The notes below the pieces were generated by a model. The model was given only the letters and a program-made list of their open reading frames with translations. It was not told the DNA's origin and ran no database searches. The position numbers and the translations under genes are program-made. Positions 40,248 to 52,339 of a DNA stretch of 53,300 bases are shown in pieces; position 1 is the stretch's first letter; each line of letters begins with the position of its first letter. The stretch spans positions 1 to 53,300 of the forward strand of contig ADNK01002557.1 in the NCBI GenBank assembly GCA_000320545.1, in the 5' to 3' direction. This stretch comes from Bigelowiella natans CCMP2755 (lineage: Eukaryota; Protista; Cercozoa).

Positions 40248-43200
40248 TGAAAGTGCTGGTGAGCATGGGAGTGCATTCATGAAAGAAGAACCTGCTCCTT
40301 GATCTACTGATTTATTTACATTTCTTAGCCACTTCACCTTTTCATATTGAAGGGACAGTCGGCAGCTCTTGCAGGAAGGTAGAGGAACATAATGGGAGGA
40401 GGAGGGGGGGGGAGGGGGAGATAAAGAAGCAGAGAAAATGCAAATATATCAAGAACAAAATGTTTGTTAAGTATAACACTATATAGCATTGACTCGTAGC
40501 AGCACCGGGCGTGTTATAGAGCTATGTGAGGAAATCATGATGGTAAGAAAAATTGGTAACCACAACACATGCGGACAGAAGGAGAATTAAAGTTGCCATC
40601 ACATTTATACTACTAGCTTGTCCATTATATTGTCATAAGTAAAAACATATTTCACTACTATTTATTAGCTGCTGTATAGTAGTAGCAGAAGGAGCAGTAG
40701 GAAATATATAACAAATACTTTACTTTTATTTTCATCATCATCATCATCACTATTATTACGATTAATCTCTATCTTACTACTACCTTAACTCTACAAACAA
40801 TTCCATTATACAGCCACTCACTGAAGGAATCAAGTATAGTAAGTAACACAATTAGTAATACATGTGAACAAGAAGTAGTTATAGCCGCAATAAGCTTTTT
40901 CTCGCAACAAATAATAACATGGTAGCGATCATCTGGATTATATCAAATTTCATATTATTATCCTATTTCTCTCTTGTTCTTTTTCCTTTTTGCTGCGACT
41001 ATCTTCTCAATCAACCCCTCTCCTACGGCCTTAACGTCTCCAAATGACTCAACTGTCCTATTTGTATCTCCTTTCCCTGATTTTACGTCTACTGCTGCTG
41101 CTTACTTTGTGTCACCAAGATGCATGATACTTATGGATGATAGCACCGATATTATGATCTCAGGAATGTAGCATTCACGTAGTTCCTGATGGGAGAGAGG
41201 AGAGACGCTTATCACAAGAGAATGATTAATATAAAATGAATAAAAAAATGAGAAAGGATATCCATGATATCCTTGACACTACCTCTTGTGACGCAGCAAC
41301 GATGGCGACAAGAAATAATGAAGCATATACTAGATTTCGAATCCGTGCAAACGAATCTTTGATGAACATAGTTGGGGGATAATAGCGCTCACATGGCAAT
41401 GTGAACGCCATGACTATCCAAGATTGTATATCTAAACGATGACCACAAATTGCTCTGGCAATGAGGCCGTAAAGAATAAACAGCCAAATAGACGACACTG
41501 AAGGACGACTTATAGAAGAAGAAGAAGAAGAAGAAGAAGAAGAAGAGGAGCTAGTTCTTATCTCTAACAGCCCTGCCCATAGACCCACCAGCACGATAAG
41601 CTTATTAAGCCTGTTATTATTATTATTATTTAATGGATGGAGATCATATCGTCATTCATCATCTTCTTCATCATCATCATCATAGGAAGAAAGCTCGCAA
41701 CAACACAATATTGAGGAACTTAGTGATAATCCGTGAGATTTGGTAGAAGAAGAAGAAGAAGTAGTAGTAGTAGTAGTTGTAGCAGTAGTAGCATAGATCA
41801 GCTGATGAGTTGTCACCACCACCACTACTACAATATAAAAATATATACATACATACATACATACATACATAAATACACACTACCGTATATAAATACATAC
41901 ATACATACATACATACATACTACTTTGTTATTCTGATACCATATAAAAATACATACATACATACTACATACACACTACCTTGTTATTCTGATATCATTCA
42001 GAGTCGGTAACGAGAAGAAGACCCCCGGTAACATCGCTGTTTTCCCGCTTGTTTTCCTACACCAACACATACTTGATCGAGAATCGGTAAAATCTCTATA
42101 TGTTGATTTCTGAATGAACCTTAAAGTGGGGGAGAGGAAAGAACAAAAGAGTAGGGCAAAGAAGATTCGATGGATAAGACACTCGAGTTGAGAATATGAA
42201 CGACGTGGATATTGTTTCAAATACTATTTTTATTGTCAGCTCGATATCTACAAATCGGTCATGCCTCTCCTTTTATTATACATTATTACATCGAAAATAT
42301 TCCCGTCTTTGTTGCTTTATAGGCAGCGGAGATAGCTGGATCTAGTTCTGTTCCCAGAATGGTGTCATTCTTCTTTCCATCCTCAAAGTTCTTAATTGAA
42401 TTCAATCGTGCTTTTCGATCGATATTAATTTCCTCTACTGCCCCTGGCCTCACATATTTGTCAAGTATACGCTCTAATACGCTGCAAAAAAGCTGCTTAG
42501 ATTTGGGAGGGCATTCCTTAAACCTCTGCATCAGTAATAGAAAGGCGAGGAGGTCCTGAAAAGAGAAGGATAGAGTGGAAGAGGGAGAGAGTAATAAACC
42601 CGATGGCCGATATAAATGTATTGTTATTTTTCTATAATTACTGCTCCCACATCTCATAATGATACTCATCCTCTAACAAAAGCGCTCTTGATCTCACATA
42701 TCTAATTTCTTATGGAAAAGAAGAATAGTAGTGAAAAATGTATTGGACGGAAATGAGAGGTTATTGGAATTGGTCTACCTCGTTACACGTCTTCTCACAA
42801 ATGATAGCAAAAGACGTGATGTCTAGAGGATATGGGTATTCACCCCTTAATACTTCCAAAAGAGAGACGTTTCGTGCATAACATTTTTCTGGTTCAAACA
42901 ACTCCCCTTTGTATAGTCGAGTTCCTTCTTCATTCCACATATAATAGTGATTTTTCAGTAGCTTCTCCCAGTAATACGACGTCGACTCCTCTTCTCTGAG
43001 CATCCATGCTGCCATCGAATCCGGGATGCTGTTGGAGATCAATGACAATGCACAAATAGCAATCCTGAATGCTGTTGGAGATCAATAACAATGCATAAAT
43101 ATCAATCCACAACAATTTGAATCCTACAACAAAGAAAAAGGTAAATATATGAGCAGATCCCACTGTTAATAGCATCAGCAAGTGAATTACAAAACGACAT

Positions 43201-43535
43201 AATGTTGACTGTTTACCTGGGAAGAGGCAGAAGCCTACTACACTCCTTGGCTAAGTTGATAGAGTAGTAGTAGAAGAAGTATTAGTTGTAGCAGCAGCCA
43301 AGTCTCCACCAAAGGAGAGTTCTTATGAATCTCGAAGACTAGGAGGAGCACCACCACCACCACCAGATCTGCTAGCGTCCTCCACTAGCAGCAGGGCAGG
43401 GAATAATAGGTAGCAGGTGTCGTAATTACTGTATCGATGGGAGCGAGGTGCAGAGGGAGGAGGAGGGACCGAGGACGTCTTTGTGCTCGTATTGCTTATC
43501 TTACCGTCTATAATGACAAAAATGACCTTGTTCAT
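39053..43535 (-). CDS. RGS-domain protein with C-terminal transmembrane segments (fungal Rax1-like layout)
   Basis: SLLEVLRGEYPYPLDITSFAIICEKTCNE / DLLAFLLLMQRFKE..ERILDKYVRPGAVEEINIDRKARLNSIKNF..ELDPAISAAYKATKTGIFS / RFIQKS matches the RGS pattern (I..KY......EINI). It is followed by hydrophobic segments LIVLVGLWAGLL, IWLFILYGLIARAI and NLVYASLFLVAIVAA. Both ends are uncertain. Confidence 0.75.
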
Positions 43536-44175
43536 TAGACTGCGACAACAAATATAAGACTACCCTTTTCTTAAAAACAAACCTCGGGACTACCGCCATC
43601 ATCTCTTTATCAAATCATCAATCTAATATTTTACGCAGAAATGAAGCGAATTTGAGTTCGGCTTGCTCATATTCGATTGTCGCAGTGAAGTATTTCACCA
43701 TCGATGTTTTCGTTTGTTGTCGTTATTGTTGCTGCTCAAAGTGTTGTGGTGATCATTATCCATCACGTCCGTTCGGCAACTAGAAAACACCAAGAACTAC
43801 CATAACGAGGAGGAGAAAGATGAAAATCGGGATAACAACATAGCTGGGAAGTCAAGGGCGCGAACAGAATAGCTAACTAACTAACTAACAACATTGGTAC
43901 AAATTGTTATATTTTAGATTATGAGAATTCAATACTTAATTAAAAATATTCGGGATAATAATCGTGATAAAAACAATAATGGCAATTTAACCGATTTTGT
44001 GGTATCGCTCCTCCGTCACTCTCTCTCTCTCTCCCCCTCTCCCTCTCCCTCTATTACAAGTGGACAAGACGACAAGTGATTCATTCCATAAAATTATCGA
44101 TGACTCTGAAGCTTATACGAAGTTACAGAAGTTAGTAGAACTCAAACACAGGGCAACGTGAAGAAATACCCGAAG

Positions 44176-45759
44176 ATGCCCCTCGGATTTGGTCTACTGC
44201 GCAGGGCGGCCATTACACGGAGGGCCTTCTGCCACACCGCTGGATCGAAAGAGTGCATCGATTTTACTACTATAACTTCCAGCGAAAACTCGGTGAGGTA
44301 TCATTTTTCTTTTGGAGAAGATTTTGTTCGCACTCACTCCTTCTTACGATTAGGTAGTGCTCTGGGATAGTGCCACCGTTTATCGATCGAAGATCAATCT
44401 TGATGAAAATGCAAATGCCAAACTGACTAAGGTGTACATGAAATCCTATGCGTGGAACTAAGCTTGCAACAAACGTTTAAATAGAGCTTCGTCTTCTCCA
44501 CGGCGGTATTGTTGAGATTCGTTGATTATTAGGTAGCCGTGAAGAAGTTTCATTCTCGATTCCCACGCAATGGGTCTGTACCGCGGTCGTCCGCAAACAA
44601 TGCTTTCTTCATGGAGCAAGTGAGTCATATACAAGATATAAAAGTAAAGGGATAGAGTGTGTAATGGGAAACTGGATATCCTCGCCACCACCACACGTCA
44701 CTTCCTCATCGTTATCATCATCATCACCATCATCGTCGTCGTCATCACTACCACCAACAATTAGTCGGGATACATGAGGCATACCCCCCCAGGGGATGTG
44801 GTTTGCGACATCGCATTGGCTTCGTTCCTCAAATTAAGTGAATTTCAAACACTTCTGGATTGCATAAAACCTAAAGTTTTGCAGTACTTCAATAGCGAGG
44901 GATACAACGTAATGACAAGGGTAATAGATTGGCAGGAATATCTAGGATCGAGATAAATTGCTTGCATTTTCTTGTTTGACTTAAGTTGTAAAACAAAAAG
45001 TGAGTCGCTGAGATGTAGCTTGCAGCAACAGAAGCATCTCGAGCTATTTTGAATCATTGATTATTGCAGGGATCAGATGGTGAGACGACTGTAGTATTGG
45101 TGCCCCAAATATTATGCTGGGCGAGTGTACATTACGGTGGAAGCCACCATGAGCCCCACAATCACCTGAGTAGCACTGCAGATGTCTCAGGCGTTTACTA
45201 TTCGCAGGTTTCCTCTACCTCCGTTTCCTTCATTCTTCATCTATCTTTCATATATGCGAGAACAACCAGCAAAAAAATTATTACATCCTCAAGATGGATG
45301 CTAAAATCATGTTGTGAAGAAGAATATGATGGGATTCTACACACCCGTTTTACTTTTATTGATGCATCTCTTATACCTAGTTCATAAATGGCGTGCATTG
45401 TCGATTACTATCGCTTGCTTTGCACACAAAATTTCTATTCAAACAGGTTCCAGACGATGCAGGGCAGCTCGTCTTCTTTAACAGTGATGCTTCCACGGGT
45501 GAAATCATAGAGCCAAAGGAAATGTGCGCCGTTGCACCTCAGGAAGGTAGTCAATTCGGATATGACCACAGAACATATTGGTCTCTCGTCATGAAAAAAT
45601 ATCTTCTTTCATGGATCTGAATCTTCAGTAATTATTGTAGGAGATGTTATATTGTTTCCACCCTGGCTAACTCATTCTGTTCGGACAACCAAAGGACTAG
45701 AAGATAATCCGCGAGTTTCATTTGCGTTTAACGTGCATTTCCGGCAAATGTTTCATTAA
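44176..45759 (+). CDS. 2OG-Fe(II) oxygenase (TIGR02466 / 2OG-FeII_Oxy_5-like)
   Basis: CWASVHYGGSHHEPHNHLSSTADVSGVYYSQ / VPDDAGQLVFFNSD..APQEG / DVILFPPWLTHSVRTTKGLEDNPRVSFAFNVHFRQMFH* contains the HxH, SGVYY, FPxWLxHxV and RxSxAFN motifs. The N-terminus MPLGFGLLRRAAITRRAFC is Arg-rich. Confidence 0.9.
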
Positions 45760-45799
45760 GCAAATGTGTGTAGTACTCATCATACGAGATCACCAAACA

Positions 45800-46900
45800 G
45801 ACATACTCTTGGGGCGCGAAATTTCATCTAAGCGCATTTTTGTCGAGGATTTCTAGACATGTTGCACATTGATTCCCACAACAATCGACACGATTTGGCG
45901 CACATGGCATCAATGGCGCGTTGAAAAAACGGCTACGTACGTACTTCTATCATTGATTTGACCACAAATTTTTGATCAAGTGTTTCATGTAGGCGTTGCC
46001 ATGCGCATTGTTGACATGACTCCGAAGCACAGATCATGATTTTTGCATTGACATCTAGCTCGTCAGCAAGTCCTCTACTAGTCATAATATATTGTGTATT
46101 GCATGTCTATCATAGTCTAGTCCTAGATAGTGGAGTGTGAGATTTACGAATTGTTTCTGGGTGCTCCCTGCTAGTTGGCCTAGCTAGCTAGCTCCTCTAG
46201 TCCTTCAGACGACCCCACTGCAGATCTAGCTAGCTCCTTCCGACGACCCCACTAGATCATCACATGGTGTTGGCTTTCAGGAGGTTCTTGGTTAGATCAG
46301 ACTCGGTCTAGACAATGCGTCGTTGCAATGCCACCGCTGCTCACACCAACCCCATTGCCAATTTCTGAAAATCTTGCTGGTTTCACCAGCCAGTCCCAGA
46401 TTCTAGCAGTCCTCGCCAGGTTTGGCTCGAGCTAGCGAGGCTAGGAGGCACTGCATTGCACACTTTGCAAGTGCTAGAGTGTCTTGTGTCGTTTGAAAAT
46501 GTGGTCCATCATCAAGTTTCTTTCTTTCTTTGTTTTTGTCTTTCACACTTCTGTGGCATGATGACAAGGACTGTCGATGCACATGCAAACATCCATACAT
46601 GCCCGGAATTTCAATGCCTGTGCGCATAGACTGTGGAATTGCAGCCAGTGCGCTGTACACCTCTCCAGGTCTCGTCTTTGCGCAAAGTTTGAGTCTTTCG
46701 AACTCAGAACGCTGCATGCACGCAACACCGAGTGAGAGAAGATCAGTGCCAACTCATTCCCAAACAAACGATGAGATTGATCATCGGAAGAAAGAACGAA
46801 AGAAAAAAGTGTTTTCATTGGAGCGGTTGAAAGGATGATGGGACACACTGATGTGGTCCCCCAAAGCTCACTGGATCACAAGCATCATGTGTTGTCCGAT
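45800..46900. other. RY/palindrome-rich intergenic block 6 (after the 2OG oxygenase gene)
   Basis: CTAGCTAGCTAGCT, TACGTACGTAC, TGCATGCACGC, plus an internal direct repeat TCCTTCMGACGACCCCACT at about 46201 and 46235. Confidence 0.65.
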
Positions 46901-47052
46901 TGACAGTGATAAGGCTTTGTCGTATCAACAAAATCACAGGACATTTATCAGTCGAAACAGATGAATTTCTTTGCCGCAGTAGTCGGTAGTACCTAAGTAG
47001 ACGTGAAAGTAGTAGTCGACACTACTCTGTTGCTCTTGAGCCGACGGCGTTC

Positions 47053-48391
47053 ATGGCAGAATCAGCTATGTCAGGATGGTTGTAATTGAACGATAAACAT
47101 CCTCCTGTTGATTTCTGGTATGAAAGACACTGTTAAAGAGACCTCAGGGATTCCAGAGCTACCGCCTCGCTGTGGCTTAATCACAACAGATAAAAGGACT
47201 GGATATGCAACAACGAGCTCCCATTGCTATTCAGCAAATGCAATCATGCTTTTTATTGTGGTGGTGCCGTTGTTGCTAATCCTCGGGATCAGCAGTAGAC
47301 TATATAGTATGGACAAGCACACGCAACCGTATTACTCGAAGCCCGGGGGTGCTGGGGAAGGAGAACATTTTGAGTCATTACCAAATCAATTTGGGGAGGG
47401 CATTCATCGATTCTCAGCATCTTCTCCATCATCACCGCCATCACCACCCTCTTCGTCACAGTTACCTCTTGAAAGAAGACTTATTACACTGGAGGCTTCA
47501 ATAACTGCTCTTAAACAAAGTATCGACTCGCTTTCGAAGGAGGTTCGTCTTCTAAAGTCTGAGCAACGGTGAATGCCCTTAACCGCATCTTCTCACCAGT
47601 AATTCTTCATTAGCGTTTTGATTTATGTCAAGAATAATCATAATAGCAACGTTTGTTATGTCTTCTGAATTTAGAAGTTGTATACAATACGCTGCGAAAC
47701 CCTTCGACTCTGGCGGTGAGGTTGAGAACATCCGAACCGAGCATCACAGCGACAACCACCCGCACGATCAGTTTCAAAAGGATATGGGAATAATTTGGAA
47801 TGTAGCATACATATTTCAAAAGATTGATCGCAATCTCGACGGTATCCTCGATGAAGCGGAGTTTATACATTTAATAAGCAGACGGGCAGATCTACGAGGG
47901 AGGTAGTGCAAGTTCATAATTTAATGGTGTAATGCATGTGTGTGGAAATATTGATAGAGGCTGTGATAGAATTTTGATCATTAATAATTGTCATCACTTT
48001 GATGCATATGTGTTTTACGTACTCGAGGTCTTCTTCGTCCACACACCCTGAAGCATCAAGAAATGCTATGGAATTTGGGTCAGAACTACTGGATTTTGTT
48101 GATCTGGATGGCGATAAGATTGTTCAGCTTTGTGAGTGGTTAAATGCTCTCCAGAAACAGGGTAATTCGCATACTCGTAGTTCAAGATTAAATTTATCTG
48201 AATAAAGTTTGATCGTTGACGACATATCTTTTGCGTTCATTTGCCTAGGAAATCCGATAAACCTGAAATCGATAGTGGAACTTGCTACTGCGTGCGAAAT
48301 TTTCATTCCACCGATTGAAGGAAAAAATCAGAGAACCAAGGAGACATCTCTGCTGGAAACTCGTTTGAAACAATGTCTGAAATTACGCTAA
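47053..48391 (+). CDS. EF-hand protein with N-terminal TM or signal anchor and a coiled coil
   Basis: Hydrophobic MLFIVVVPLLLILGIS, heptad segment LERRLITLEASITALKQSIDSLSKEVRLL, and EF loops DRNLDGILDEAEF and DLDGDKIVQLCEW. The start is uncertain (47053 or 47246). Confidence 0.75.
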
Positions 48392-48910
48392 AACGCGCTC
48401 GACATGCGATGCCTTACGTTCCAGCTGACAATGCACTACTAAGACAAGCAATACAGCTAGACAGGTCATCTATACTAGTATAGGCGAATGTATCGATCAT
48501 GCTGCGGCGTAATAACAATGTGCCAACACTCTAGCACTCACAGTTTGATGCGTGCATCCATTGGAGACACATGATACGGAGCTATATTAGCTCGCACTAG
48601 CGCATGTGGGGACAGCGTTGCACCGATCACGCGCGCATTTCTAGTTTCATTAGGGTTGTGCGTAATGCGCATGCAGCCGCCGCACAGCCCCGTCATCACT
48701 ATATCACTTTGTGCACTTTATATTCCATGTTTAATGACGTGCGAGCGGCACGCGCATAGCTGCTAATGCATCGCAGTTCATCGAGCTAGCGCTGCAATCA
48801 TGACAGCATTCATCATGCATCGCGCTGTCTTCCCTCAACCACATGGAACTTAAGTCGAACACAACTCCGAAGATGATTTAAGTCAATAATGTACTTTGCG
48901 TGTGCAAATG
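48392..48910. other. RY/palindrome-rich intergenic block 7 (between convergent EF-hand and HIRIP3-like genes)
   Basis: CACGCGCGCA, TGCGCATGCA, GCACGCGCATAGCT. Confidence 0.7.
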
Positions 48911-48954
48911 TGGTAAACATCCAAGGGACAGAACTACAGTGTTGTCACAACATG

Positions 48955-50391
48955 CTACAGGTAATCCTCCGAATCTTCATCTTCTTCCTCGTACGCACTC
49001 TCTGATTCTTCATTGTCAGAGGTCTCACTTTTTGGCTCCTCGCTGGTAGGGGCTCGTTTTTCTGCCTTACTGGATTTCGGAGAAACTGAAGACGGTGTGT
49101 TTCGAGTTTCTTCTTTGTCGTCAGTCTGTGAGGACGAGATTTTCCTCTCACCAGCGGTTTCCTTCATGAGAGAGCTTTTGTTATCCTTGTCCTTAGCTTC
49201 ATGAGCACCAAGTACCTCTTCAAAGTCATCTTCATCGTCGCTGTACGTATACTTCACAACCTTGCGATTTCTACTCCTTCGCTGATTGCCGACGCTGCTG
49301 CTGCTACTGCTACCGCCCAACTTTTCAGATGCAGATTTTACTCCCCACCTTGAGTTCATCTGTTGAATATCTTCTAGCTCTTTCTGGACTTCATACTTGC
49401 GTTTCAGATTTTTAACGCTTCTTTCAGAAAGGGTGCTGATAACAAATGGAGTCAGAACAAAAACTTGGACTCGGCGAGTGTCAACTACCTTGAGTCGCAT
49501 TCAAATCCGATATCTCTCAACGCTTTCTTCATCACACTAGGTTTAGAAGATATATCAGGCATTTCAATTAGACTTCAGTTAAATCCAGCACTTTTACCGA
49601 TTAGCTTGTGATTTTTCCATTTTTGATACTCCTAGACCTTCCTGAATGTTGCTTCCACATATTAGTTTCATACCCGATAGATCATATAAATTTAATTTAC
49701 CTTCGTTGTATCAATGCCTTTGTATCTACATACATTTCTTAGAATATTGAAGAGCTTTTTATCTTGTGCGACGTCACGACTCGCTTTGGAATTCTTTCCG
49801 CCTTTCAAGCTACGGTTGGCAGGAGAATCACTGGCTTCTCCCCTTTTTTTTTTGGTCTTAAGGTTCTTGTCTCTGAAGCACAAAAGAATTAACATCCTAT
49901 ATGAATATCGACATCTGGCAGCGTTGTCTAATCTGGTCGGTCACCCACCCATCAGATTTGCGTTTTTTAGTTGTGTTTTTCCTTACAACATTCGCCATCT
50001 TGTTCGAGTTCTCATCAATTGTTTCAATGAACTGAAGATTATGCGAAACATATAAATATATGTGTACGCGCGCGTGTGGTGTGCATGTGTAAGCGAGGTA
50101 ACAATGAAAGCCCACCCTGGTGTGACTTAGCTCGAATGGTCAGCACCCTGCACTCTTACCTCTGTGGTAGTCTTCTTGATGTATTGCTTGAATGGCTTCA
50201 GTTCTTTCGGGCTATCAAGCCCAAAGGCTTCCACCAACTGTGCGAAACACTGAGGTTAAGCTCAACAGGTTGAAACGTGGAAAGGTTACCTTCTCTTTTA
50301 CAATTCGCATGGTGATTTGTGAAAGCTCATTCTCTTTCAAGATCTTTCTGATCTCAGATTTCAGAGAGCTTTCGTCCAAACTTGCTGCCAT
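48955..50391 (-). CDS. DEK-C-domain / HIRIP3 (CHZ-like) histone-chaperone-type protein, 7 exons
   Basis: N-terminus MAASLDESSLKSEIRKILKENELSQITMRIVKEK/LVEAFGLDSPKELKPFKQYIKK is DEK-C-like. A K-rich linker leads to LFNILRNVCRYKG..MKKALRDIGFECDSSTLSERSVKNLKRKYEVQKELEDI..RRSR, which resembles the HIRIP3 C-terminal region. The acidic tail ends in TAG. Confidence 0.7.
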
Positions 50392-50832
50392 GGTTTTGGG
50401 TTGGCTGCCTTCTGTGATGGCCGAAGACCTGGCTAAGATTTAAGTTCATCCTGTGAAACTCGTCTTTTCTTGAAAATGAACAGCATCTTGTACCTACGTC
50501 ATCCAAAAATGCACTTCCATGTCAGGAATCTCCAGATATCAGATGTTGCAAAATCTGTTCGTGCACCAGAGAAATAGCTTCCCGCGTCCAAGTGTCATCA
50601 CCATGTCGTCACTGCTGTTCTGCTCGCAATTCCAAACCTCTTGTTTGTTATCCTGAAATAAAGAAAAATCGATGTCGCAGAAAAGAGAACGAACCTAATA
50701 AAACAATATTTTCTTCCTTGTTTCCGAACCGCATATTTCCCGAGATTTCTTCTTCATCAAGATCTGCACGTAGATCTACGAGCCTTGCCCCCCAACGCGA
50801 AGGAGTCTATCTATCTACTACATAGATCTACG

Positions 50833-52329
50833 ATGTACATAAAAGCGGACCTAGAAGGCCCATTGATAGATGCAATTAAACGATTAATCGCGATGGTTAA
50901 CCAGAAAGTGAAGAAAGAACTCATCATAAGCCAGCTAGATAAGCGGGCCGGATTGGGCTGCCACCCATTCCATGTTACTCTCTGTGGACGTATTGACAAG
51001 CTCCTCGGACCGATTTTTAGATCCGAAGAGCATCTTACGGAATGGATCAAGAAGTGGGATAAAATTAGAGGGATAGTAAAGCTTACAGCCCCGAAACTAC
51101 TACGTGTAACCAACAGAGGCACGTTGATGCTCGTGCTGGAGTCAAAAGACCTAAGGGGGGTCGGAAGGAAAATAGTCAAAATTCTGGAAAGCGGCGACCT
51201 TACAAAAGCGGGTGAACAGCTCAGAGTGCTAAGTTCTCACACTCAGTCCGCAGTCAATTTAACCCCTGTCCTCAAGCGCATGTGGAACACACTCAGCATC
51301 AGTGCCGTTGGTTCGGTTGTTGCCGAACCCCAGTTTGTTTCTGTGAAACTGCCTAAATCTGCTGCCGATCCGGGCTCCGACATGTTTCGTATGGTTGCTG
51401 CTGATGTAATAGCCGGTTTAAACAAGCTTCTTTCGGCGAATCCTTTGGGAACTCTCAGGGCTATAGATGCCACTGCAAATGCCTATCAGTGGTCCTTAGC
51501 TCATGAGCTCCGGTATGCTATCAAGGCAGGCCACCCCATACGGATTGTGCCGACGCCGCAAGAATCCTACCATATAAGCCTCGCATAGAGTGCAGCCCAG
51601 GAACATGGCCAGCAAGTTAACATTCGGTTTTCATCTGCCAAACCACCAGGGGGCAGCGAACGGCACAAAGGGCATGTTCCATTGAGAACCCCATTTCTCT
51701 GCTACCCCGCTACCAAAAGGAAAGATTCCCGCACGGGTCTTATCAAATCGGGATGGATCACAGCGCACTGCAGTGTCAGCTTTAAGGATAATTTTGGTGG
51801 ACCTACGCTGGCTCCTCGGGATCAGTTCTATCATCACATGACGATAGGCTGGCTAGGAATTGATGAAAAAGTAAAAGATGAAAAAGTAAAAACAGAAACC
51901 TCAGAATGGCCCACGACAACAGCAGGTGTAAAATCAATGCCAGAAAAACACGTGCTTCCTCCTTCCTTCAAGCATGGAGATTGGATGTGCCCGAAATGCA
52001 ATGTGAGTTCTACTTTGTACACAATTTTTTGCCCGTATGATACCTTTAGTATATGTTCTAATTAGGCACATAACTTCGCATCTAGAAAAGCTTGCTTCAA
52101 ATGCTCAGCCCACAAGCCACAAAACGAAGCTAAAACAAGAGCTAAGTACAAGGTCAACGATTATTATATCAGCTCCGAGCATCTTCATATTACAATAGGC
52201 GTGGTTACGGATCAAAGTATGATACAAAAACTGTTCGGGAATCGAAAAGAAATTCCGCTAAATGGAGAATTAGCTTCCTTTTTTTGTAAGAATGAATATG
52301 CGATATCAGGATTCGGTTGGGATCATTAA
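50833..52329 (+). CDS. 2H-phosphoesterase-like protein with RanBP2-type zinc finger; in-frame TAG at 51586-51588; intron 52003-52065
   Basis: Motifs PFHVTLCG, SYHISLA*, YHHMTIGW and HLHITIGV. The zinc finger FKHGDWMCPKCN/AHNFASRKACFKCSAHKP is split by a 63-nt GT-AG intron. ORFs 50785 and 51682 share one frame and are separated only by the TAG. Confidence 0.7.
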
Positions 52330-52339
52330 ATGCTGTTCA

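Noticed and set aside
48955-48957. Genome-wide UAG reassignment as an explanation for the 2H in-frame stop
   Set aside because: No in-frame TAG is needed in the conserved ASF1, AMSH, GH81 or 2OG exons, and the HIRIP3-like gene appears to end in TAG.
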